NCBI GenBank assembly: GCA_964016885.1 | Contig: OZ024747.1 | Span: 27,156,001-27,220,000, forward strand | Direction of reading: 5' to 3' | DNA length: 64,000 nucleotides | Source: Eledone cirrhosa | Taxonomy: Eukaryota | Shown: one piece after another, positions 48,161-64,000 of the stretch | Numbering within the stretch: the first letter of the stretch is position 1 | How the letters are laid out: each line of letters opens with the position of its first letter | Notes under the pieces: generated by a model | What the model was told of the DNA's origin: nothing | The model's input: only the letters and a program-made list of their open reading frames with translations | Database searches by the model: none | Made by a program: the position numbers and the translations under genes

Positions 48161-48804
48161 AGGATTAAAATACTGGAGCGTGTTGGAGTTAAACACCCTC
48201 TTCGTATTATAGAAATGACAGTAAAAGGTATAGCTCAATGTAATTAAACAGCCGAAGAATTATGAAAATAAAACAAAGAAGCCTTCAATACATCAAAAGT
48301 CTTTATTAGCCAACAATGTTTCGTCCTATTAAGGACTCATCAGGGCAATCAAAACCACAAGAAGCACTATCGGCCAATACAAGCCTAAAACTCCGAAGAA
48401 TATGGAGTGTACATACACTAAAGTATTGGAAGATTATGGGTAAAAATATATAATAAAAATCACTTAGGAGGTGGATAACATTTTGAACCATATTACAAAT
48501 ATAGTCCAAAGCAAAAAACTAGAGCTAAACAAAGGTGGTTATATAGAGCGGGAATTATAGTACTATATGTAATACAATATAATATAATATAATATACTTG
48601 TAACAATATTAAAATTAAAATTAAAAGGCACAATATACATATGTATATATATACGCACACGTATGCACATATACATATATACACATTTCCATCATTAACA
48701 GCACCAATTAAACCTTATTAAGAGTTTAAATATAAATAAGCATAATAGGAATAAAAATTAAAATAATACGTATATCAAATATACAGTATAACATGAAGTA
48801 ATGA
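48161..48804 (-). repeat. 3' pseudo-LTR
   Basis: Near-identical to 52806-53452. Confidence 0.9.
48305..48349 (-). ncRNA. Minimal type I hammerhead ribozyme
   Basis: GCC-CUGAUGA-GUCC uuaaua GGAC-GAA-ACAUUGU-U-GGC. Confidence 0.88.
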
Positions 48805-49436
48805 AATGATTAAAAGTAACACATATAATATATAATAAACTATATAATTATATAATATATAATATAATATAATAGATAATCCCCGGTTAATTTACACAAA
48901 AAATATAGATGTCACAATAACACTATAATAATAATATAATAATATATAATATATAATGGCATGTAAGTTAACAAATCAATTCATATTGTTAGAGAGCATG
49001 TGAGAAAAAAAATATAAATTGTACAATACCCAAAATTATGATGGTACAAAAATATATAAACATCTTTCATGATATATAAAATTTAACATATCATAATGGT
49101 ACATAAAATCATCGGTAAGTAACAAAGATCAATATTACATTTACAAACATTTGAATAACAACTTCAATATAAAATAATGAACATAATATAATATATAATT
49201 ACTTATAATTACAAGATTGGTAAACAGACACATATGTGAATGAGTGAATAAGGGCCAGACAGAAAATACTATGCACAGTAGTATTAATAAATAAATAAAT
49301 AAATAAATAAAATCGACCGGAAATCAAAAAACGAAAACAAAAGTATTTACTTAGATCTCACATGCAGTTAAGTAAAAACTTAGGAAACAACCCAGATAAA
49401 TGACTAGAAAACCCTATTTGATAAATTAATATTGAA

Positions 49437-49626
49437 AATATTTAAAATACCTAATAAGGCAATACAATATTAGCTATGGTTTAAGTGATCAAAATCCGTA
49501 AACATTAATATTTCACTATAAATATATATCTATATATATATTTATAGTGAAATATTAATGTTTACGGATTTTGATCACTTAAACCATAGCTAATATTGTA
49601 TTGCCTTATTAGGTATTTTAAATATT
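49437..49626. repeat. ~190 bp near-perfect palindrome centred on a short (TA)n
   Basis: Arms aatatttaaaatacc...ttcactataaata and tatttatagtgaa...ggtattttaaatatt. Confidence 0.92.
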
Positions 49627-50113
49627 AAAGGAATGAAATATTCTACTATCATTTACATAACGATATCTAAAAAACTGACTGGTAGGCTAATAGGGACAGA
49701 AAAAAGAAATGTATGAAGGATACAAAGGAGCATAAAATCATAATCAATATACTGTATTATATAATAGAAAGGAGCATAAAAAAGGGGGGGATTAAATATA
49801 ATCATAATATATTTGAAGGGGTTAGCAATAAGTTTGTGTGCATGGGGGGGGGGGGGGGGTTATCCAAAGAAGAATCAAAATAAAATAAAATAAAATGAAA
49901 TAAAATAATATAAAATATATAATCAGATATATACTCATAAGGTGTTAATAGTGAAAATTTAATGTGTAAGAAGATAGATATGGTATATTAGCCAAAAGAT
50001 TATGAGAGCTAGAATAAAAAGTTGTCAAAAACCAATGATAATAATAATGATGATAATAATGGTGGTAAACAAAAAGAACCTAAACTAAAAAAATAAGTAA
50101 TGGAATATATCAG

Positions 50114-52734
50114 CTAGTGGATACAATTTACACTACTAGAACCTTTAGGTTTATAATAAAAGTAAGAATTAGAAATAGCGTGGGGGCAAGAAGAGAATAT
50201 CTCAGACTTTCTATTAAGTAAGGATTCACTAGAGAAAATTATAGAGTGTGTCTCAAGGATACAGAGATTACAAAATTTAGTATGTGTAGAAAGGTTATTA
50301 GAGCGTGCTACTAAACGCCAATTAAGGCTATATGGTATATTAGCCCCCTTAAGATCCCAAATATAGTGTGCTAAAGAAGTAGAATAGTAGAGCCTATATA
50401 AGTTCTATTAGAGGAATTAGTTATAACTACGCAAGCATAAACGATGTTCTTAGAGAGGCAGTTACCGTTTAAAGGGCAGTTAGCACTCACTCTACAGTTA
50501 CACTTCCGGGTGGTATTGATTGGCTGAAGTAGTGATGCATTACACGTAGGATTACTATTAGATAAGGTCTGCTCTGGTGGTAAGGCATTTGTAGATCTGT
50601 TCAGACTAGTAGTATGTAGAGAGGAGTATCCATCCCTAATTTTCCTATTGTTAGTGCTAGCTAAATGAGAACTAATATTAGGGGTGGTAGAGAATGAAAG
50701 TTTAATAACATTTTTATTAAAAATACTATGGTATTTATGAGAAGGGGGGAAATTTTTCTCTAAGATAGAAAAGAAAGACCTAGGGATATTAGTTAATACT
50801 TCCTGATTATAGGGCGGGTTAAAATAAGTATTTAGTCTCCTTCTATTTTTATCCTTTCCGACTCTACCATTATCCAATATCCCATTATTAAGACTAGGGT
50901 TACTACAAGGATTAGTTAAAACCGCATTATTAGAATCAACCAAAATTCCATTAAGTCTCTTTCTGTTTTTACCTCTAGTAGATCTGCTGCTATCTGGAAT
51001 CATATCAAAAGGATTAGGGCTAATAATAGGATCAGTAGAAACAACATTATTAGAATTAGATCTAGCAAAAGCATCACAAATGAGTGAGCGCTCAGAGGGT
51101 TCTACTTGTTTCCTAGAGGTATTATATTCACTATTACGAGTCCGGTGGGTTAACTTATGGATGGGTTCAGATACACCTATGTAATTACTACGATTATTAT
51201 GCTTCCTACTCCCATTCATGGCCATGTTATGGGATATTATGTTATTATTATAAGTAAGCGGAGACTTTCTAAGGTTACTATTATTATAATGTATTTTACT
51301 AGAGTAACCGGAATTAGCTAGGGCATTATTATAGTATTCCGCATGTTCATTAAATGTTCCTACGTCCTTAGAGAGTGTGGAAATCCTATTAGATACACCC
51401 TTAATTATAGAGCTTATCATAGATTTGGGGTGGTTAGAATTGGGACTAACATAAGAAACTATTTCATTAGGCTTATGGAAGGGTTTAAAACTATTAGTGA
51501 CCAAGTCCAAAGTCACATCTAAAAAGTTGACCGCTCTATCGTTTCTATCTATCGTGATCGAAAGGTTATAGCTTTTAAAAAACTTATAAAGCTTCTTCTT
51601 ATTATGCTCGACATTGTTGGTGCTAGAGTTAATCACAAACAATGCATCATCACGATATAGTCCGCCTTTAAGGTGCAGAAAGGTAACATATAGTTCATTT
51701 AGGAGGAACAACCCAACAAGATCTGTTACCTGGGCCGAATCACTCGAACCCATTGTAACGTCGAAATTGTTGGGCGTGTTTTTACGGGTCCAAAATGTGT
51801 CCTCAAAATTAATGATAGTTCTACGGGCTGCTAGTATAATATCTACCTGTGATCGTGTAAGGCTGGACACTCTCATGGCTAACATTAAGGCTTTATTGAG
51901 GAGGATGGGTGAAATCGATGTGTAGTAGGCATCAATATCGAACTGGATAAACTTATTAGATTCAAGTTTATTAATCCCAGAGAACCAATCTATAACTTCC
52001 TCAGTGTTCCCCCATAGGTTAAAATTAACTTTATCCCTAACATCTGGTATAATAAGGTCAAGGATCTTTTTACTGATTATGGCTATATCAGACTTAGAAG
52101 GACAGATGAGTCTAACAGAGGGGTTACTAATGAAGTCTACCTTATGATCCTTAAGAGTGAATCTCGGTTCTCTAGGGTAATATGGCTGGGTATACTTATC
52201 AAGGCCGAGGTCCGAGACTATTTTAAGACCCTCACTATTGATATGGTTCAAATTATCTAGCGTATTCTTTTTATAATTTCTATGCAGCTCCTTATAAATA
52301 AAGTCACGGTAACCACTGTAATCCATAGAGTATAGATTCTTAGTCTTATCCGCCGGGACAAGAATAGACTTATTCGCACTAAAACTCTTAACAATATTTT
52401 TAAGTCTAGACTGGAACTTATCAAATTTATTATAATTTCTATGTCTATTATTTGGCCTATACTTAATATTTTTGACAAGAGAGAGTAAGTCACTTTCAAA
52501 ATGATCTAATAGAACATTATGTGCTGGGCTCTTATAAGTTTTGAAGCCATAGTTATTAAAATGAGTTCTATTCCTGGGGTCCTTCCTATTCCTATTAATA
52601 TCATAGTGGAAAGCACGCCATCTAATCCTTTTTACGAAGGAGTTAACACTAGCAATCAATAGTTTTTCGTAAGTATTCTTAGAGGGGGTGGGAATATTCT
52701 TCAGAGATAAAGGCAGGTAACTCTTTGTTAGCAT
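50114..52734 (-). pseudogene. PLE reverse transcriptase plus C-terminal GIY-YIG endonuclease; frameshifting deletion within GIY-YIG
   Basis: SLKNIP, LKDHK, QFDIDAYY, MGSSDS, YRDD, NFLDVTL, SNHP, CNCRxxxxCPLxGxC, IVY...YIG; another frame continues STSLAHYIWDLK...FCNLCILE...LLNRKSE...CPH to a stop at ~50114. Confidence 0.9.
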
Positions 52735-52805
52735 ACTGTCAGATATATATAAAGGCCAAAACACCAGTATATAGGAGGAAGCTCAACCAATCGGGAGCAG
52801 TGACA

Positions 52806-53452
52806 AGGATTAAAATACTGGAGCGTGTTGGAGTTAAACACCCTCTTCGTATTATAGAAATGACAGTAAAAGGTATAGCTCAATGTAATTAAACAGAGCC
52901 GAAGAATTATGAAAATAAAACAAAGAAGCCTTCAATACATCAAAAGTCTTTATTAGCCAACAATGTTTCGTCCTATTAAGGACTCATCAGGGCAATCAAA
53001 ACCACAAGAAGCACTATCGGCCAATACAAGCCGAAAACTCCGAAGAATATGGAGTGTACATACACTAAAGTATTGGAAGATTATGGGTAAAAATATATAA
53101 TAAAAATCCCTAAGGAGGTGGATAACATTTTGAACCATATTACAAATATAGTCCAAAGCAAAAAACTAGAGCTAAACAAAGGTGGTTATATAGAGCGGGA
53201 ATTATAGTACTATATGTAATACAATATAATATAATATAATATACTTGTAACAATATTAAAATTAAAATTAAAAGGCACAATATACATATGTATATATATA
53301 CGCACACGTACGCACATATACATCAATACACATTTCCATCATTAACAGCACCAATTAAACCTTATTAAGAGTTTAAATATAAATAAGCATAATAGGAATA
53401 AAAATAAAAATAATACGTATATCAAATATACAGTATAACATGAAGTAATGAA
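52806..53452 (-). repeat. 5' pseudo-LTR (direct)
   Basis: Near-identical to 48161-48804. Confidence 0.9.
52952..52996 (-). ncRNA. Minimal type I hammerhead ribozyme
   Basis: Identical to 48305-48349. Confidence 0.88.
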
Positions 53453-53469
53453 TATATATTATTATAGTG

Positions 53470-53654
53470 GATTGGCAGTATCGGTAGAAGGTCGGACGCC
53501 ATGCTTTCCAGCATAGTTACGTCCCTTTACGATCTGAGTTCAAATCCCGCCGAGGTTTACTTTGCCTTTCATCCTTACGGGGTCGATAAAATAAAGTACC
53601 AGTAATGTACTGGGATAATTGCTGGCCTTGTGCCAAAAGTAGAAACAATTATAT
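53470..53654 (+). mobile_element. tRNA-derived SINE inserted at the PLE inversion junction
   Basis: Same family as 10544-10761; 13-bp TSD TATTATTATAGTG at 53457-53469 and 53655-53667. Confidence 0.85.
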
Positions 53655-53903
53655 TATTATTATAGTGTTATTGTGACATCTATATTGTTTATGTAAATTA
53701 ACCGGGGATTATCTATTATATTATATTATATATTATATAATTATATAGTTTATTATATATTATATGTGTTACTTTTAATCATTTCATTACTTCATGTTAT
53801 ACTGTATATTTGATATACGTATTATTTTTATTTAGTGTATGTACACTCCATATTCTTCGGAGTTTTCGGCTTGTATTGGCCGATAGTGCTTCTTGTGGTT
53901 TTG

Positions 53904-53948
53904 ATTGCCCTGATGAGTCCTTAATAGGACGAAACATTGTTGGCTAAT
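53904..53948 (+). ncRNA. Minimal type I hammerhead ribozyme in the inverted pLTR
   Basis: attgccCTGATGAgtccttaataggacGAAAcattGTTggctaat. Confidence 0.88.
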
Positions 53949-54036
53949 AAAGACTTTTGATGTATTGAAGGCTTCTTTGTTTTATTTTCAAAATATATAT
54001 ATGTATATATATATATATATATGTATGTATATATAT

Positions 54037-54325
54037 ATCATCTTGGTTAAGAGAGTGGGACTGGCTTTGTGCAGTGCCTTTGCTCACTATAAAAGCTTCA
54101 CGGCACAGGCATTGCTTTATATCTGGAGATCTCTCTGCACTTGTCGTCACATGGTACCATGGGCTCAGCACTATGTGTCAATAATTGTCACAAGTGTAGT
54201 GTTTGTACCAGAGTTTTCAAGTCGCTGGCTGGACTAAAAAGTCACACTCGTTCAGCGCATCGGTAGGAGTTCTTCTACATGGATATAAAGCAGTGGCCGT
54301 ACTCGAAAACGAGTTGGCAGCCACC
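54037..54325 (+). mobile_element. RTE-derived short element, 5'-truncated copy
   Basis: Near-identical to ~44787-45072. Confidence 0.85.
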
Positions 54326-54340
54326 ATATATATATGTATG

Positions 54341-54371
<31 letters not shown>

Positions 54372-54416
54372 GATAATTAATACTATGTATGTATATATAT
54401 ATATATATATATATGT

Positions 54417-56996
54417 ATGGTGGGCACGGTTACGGTTCAAGAAATGAAGGAGTGAGACTTCTTGAATTTTGAGATGCAGGTACATTGACTATTTGCAACA
54501 CAAACTTCCAGAAACCTGCCAATCACCTAATAACCTACAAATCTGGTGAGCACATAAGCCAGATTGACTTTTTACTAGTTAGGCAGCGGGACAGGCAGAT
54601 AGTGTCTAATACCAAGGCATACACTGGAGAAGAATGTACCCCACAGCATAGGTTAGTTGTTAGTGATATCTCAGTAAGCAAGAGATGGAATGAGACATAT
54701 AGGAAGGTGTGGAGAAGAAAGGTCTGGAAGCTAAAGACCTTTCAATAAAATACAAATTTAGGAAAGCCCTTCAAGATGTATATGACGAAAAAGAAGACTA
54801 TTTAGAGACGTATGACATAGATAATAACTGGAATTTCCTACAAGACAACTTGCTGCAGGCTACTGATGAAACTTGTGGCTGGAGCAGAGCTCCAACCAGA
54901 CAGAGAGTGACCTGGTGGTGGAACAGCACAGTAGATAAGGCTATTAGAGACAAAAGACTAGCATGGAAGGCTTGGAAAAAGAGTGGGAGTAGGGAAGAAT
55001 ATACAGCCACTAAGAGAGAAGCTAGACGTCAGGTGTACTTAGCACGCAGGGAGGCAGAGAGTAGGAGGTTTGCCAATGTTCTGCAACGGGAAGATCAGAG
55101 GCGTGCGGTGTTCCACATTGCAAGGCTGTGTGTCAATGCAAATCAGGATGTTGTTGGAGATAAATGTGTCCGGGATGATGCCGGTGTACTTATGATCAGA
55201 AAATGGAGGCCTGGAAATGTCATTATGAGAGACTGATGAATGTGGAGAACAAATGGGAGGGAGAGAAATTACCCTTGGTAGATCCGACAGAGGGACCAGC
55301 TATTGAGATTGACGAATATAGGGTCCAAGAGGCGATTAGGGAAATGAAAATGGTAAGGCTGCCGGACTATTGGGAATAGTTGCTGAGATGCTGAAGGCAT
55401 CAGGGACGTAGGCACTAAACTGGTTGCACGCATCATCAATCAGGCTATTATGGTGGTGTCATACCAAAAGACTGGTGCAGCAGTATTCTCATAAATTGCT
55501 ACAAAGGTAAAGGGGATGCTTTGGAGAGGAGCAATTATAGGGGTATAAAACTGATAGATCAAGTTATGAAAGTGGCAGAAAGGATTTTAGCACAACTAAT
55601 TAGAGAAAGGGTCAAACTAGATGAGATGCAGTTTGGTTTTGTGCCTAGGAAGAGTACAACAGATACCCTCTTCTTGGTGAGACAATTGCAAGAGAGGTTC
55701 TTAGAGAAGAATAAGCCACTATACTTAGCCTTTGTTGACCTAGAGAAGGCCTTTGATAGGGTACCCCCGATCTGTCATCTGATGGTCCCCTAACGGCCAT
55801 GCCTACCCTGACTGTCTGAGGAGGACCTCTGTGAGGACAGTGCAAACTTTGCTCTCAGTAAAGTCAGGGTAGGAATGGAGTTTAGTGAGGAATTCCAGAT
55901 ACAAGTAGGAGTACATCAGGGTTCGGTCCTCAGCCTGCTCTTGTTCATTATAGTCCTCCAAGCCATAACAGAGGAGTTTAAGACTGGCTGTCCATGGGAA
56001 CTTCTCTATGCTGACGATCTGGTTCTTATAGCAGAATCAGTAGAGGAGCTAGAGAATAAATTCTGGCTATGGAAACAGCAGTTGGAAGCAAGAGGACTGA
56101 GAGTGAATCTAGCTAAGACAAAAGTGTTGATGAGTAGAAAAGAGGACAAAACCCTGATTCCATCAGGGAAATGGCCATGTTCGATATGCAGAAAAGGAAC
56201 TGGCATAAATTCTATAAAATGCACACAATGCAGATCCTGGGTACACAAGAGATGTAGCGGGATAGCAGGCAAACTAAGAGGTAGGGAGAAATATGTATGC
56301 AGTAGATGTACAGGGAAATTAGACAGTAGAAGTCGCATTGATAGATACGTTTTTCAAATGCAGGAGGCTGCTATAGAAGTGGTGGATAGCTTCCGGTACC
56401 TAGGAGATCAGATTAGCATGGGAGGAGGGTGTTCCGAGGCCATAGTATCTAGAATAAGAACGGGTTGGAAGAAGTTTAGGGAGCTGCTTTCTCTGTTGAC
56501 GAAGAAGGGTTTCTCCCTGCGTACGAAAGGCCGGTTGTATGATGCCTGTGTGAGGAGCGCGATGCTGCATGGTAGTGAGACATGGGCAGTAACTGCAGAG
56601 GACATGCGACGGCTGGAGAGAAATGAGGCAAGCATGCTCCGTTGGATGTGCAGTGTAAATGTGCGTGAACGACCCAGCTTAAATGTGTTGAGAGAAACTG
56701 TGTCTGAGAGGGATAGAATGTAGTGTACGGGAGAGGAGACTGAGGTGGTATGGACATGTGATGCGCATGGAGGATGACCGATGGGTGAAGAAGTGCCAGG
56801 AATTGCCAGTTGAAGGAAGACGTGGTAGAGGTAGACCACGAAAAAGATGGGCGGAGGTGGTGAGAACGGACCTCAGATCATTGAAGCTCACGGTGGAGAT
56901 GACGAGGGACCGTGACGAGTGGAGAGATGCTGTGCTGAAGAAGACTCGTCCCACCCTTGCAAGCAGGGAAAAGCGGACGTAAAATGATGATGATGA
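54417..56996 (+). mobile_element. RTE LINE family B, 5'-truncated within the endonuclease, disabled
   Basis: SQIDFLL, PQHRLVV, RT motifs, PHD-like finger; several frameshifts; (GAT)n tail. Confidence 0.95.
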
Positions 56997-57029
56997 TATA
57001 TATGTATATATATATATATATGTATATAT

Positions 57030-57481
57030 ATCATCATCATCATCATCATCAGGTTTAGCGTCCGTGTTCCACGCTTGCATGGGTTTGGACGGGGGTTTTC
57101 CCACTTGAGGCAAGAGTGGTTGTCTTGCTCGCATAGGACTGTCTGGCGGGTTTTCTACAGTTGGATGCCCTTCCTAACACCAACCACATTTACAGTGTGG
57201 GGCTGGGAGGTTTTTACCGTGTTGCCTACACGGCCACATTATAGCGTGGACTGTCTGGCGGGTTTTCTACAGCTGGATGCCCTTCCTAACACCAACCACA
57301 TTTACAGTGTGGGGCTGGGAGGTTTTTACCGTGTTGCCTACACGGCCACATTTACAGCGTGGACTGTGTGTTTTTTTGTCGTGACACCTACACGATCTCA
57401 TTTGTTTCGGCCTGGATGTTGTGGGACCAACATAACTTTACATTGAAAGGGGCGGTGTGGATGGGGTGGAGGTGGTGGGAC
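57030..57481 (-). mobile_element. RTE family A 3' UTR fragment with internal ~110 bp tandem duplication
   Basis: Similar to 17812-18125; ggactgtctggcggg...cacggccacatt repeated at ~57137 and ~57248. Confidence 0.85.

Positions 57482-64000
<6,519 letters not shown>

Larger units (their letters stand above)
48161..53990 (-). mobile_element. Penelope-like retroelement: inverted partial pLTR, direct pLTR, RT/GIY-YIG ORF, long AT-rich 3' region, pLTR
   Basis: Direct repeats 48161-48804 and 52806-53452; inverted pieces at ~53455-53990; three hammerheads; PLE-type ORF. Confidence 0.93.

Noticed and set aside
50371-52764. Selenoprotein-coding or N-terminal-endonuclease (Naiad/Chlamys-type) PLE; telomerase
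   Set aside because: GIY-YIG is C-terminal, there are no in-frame UGA codons and no TERT-specific motifs

Overview
AT-rich animal genomic DNA with no recognisable host protein-coding exon. The repeat repertoire points to a coleoid cephalopod (octopus); this is inference, not a database result. The first ~14.9 kb is old intron-like or intergenic sequence: tRNA-derived SINEs, hAT and piggyBac-type MITEs, minisatellites, decayed LINE scraps and one textbook recursive-splice-like AG|GTAAGT site. From ~14.9 kb onward the window is a nest of young retroelements in roughly 20 kb of (TA)n/(TA)nTG microsatellite. These are two RTE-clade LINE families with a PHD-like finger inside the RT, two CR1-group LINEs, an internally deleted RTE-derived short element, and Penelope-like elements (PLEs). 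The main unannotated signal is RNA-level: seven complete minimal type I hammerhead ribozyme motifs from four different sequence families. Three lie in the terminal repeats of a nearly complete RT/GIY-YIG PLE, two in an ORF-less inverted-repeat insertion and two stand alone. An eighth, half hammerhead, appears folded back on its own stem II. All long Y/I/M/C/V/H/T-rich ORFs in the track are microsatellite artefacts. Boundaries were read by eye and are approximate to a few bases.
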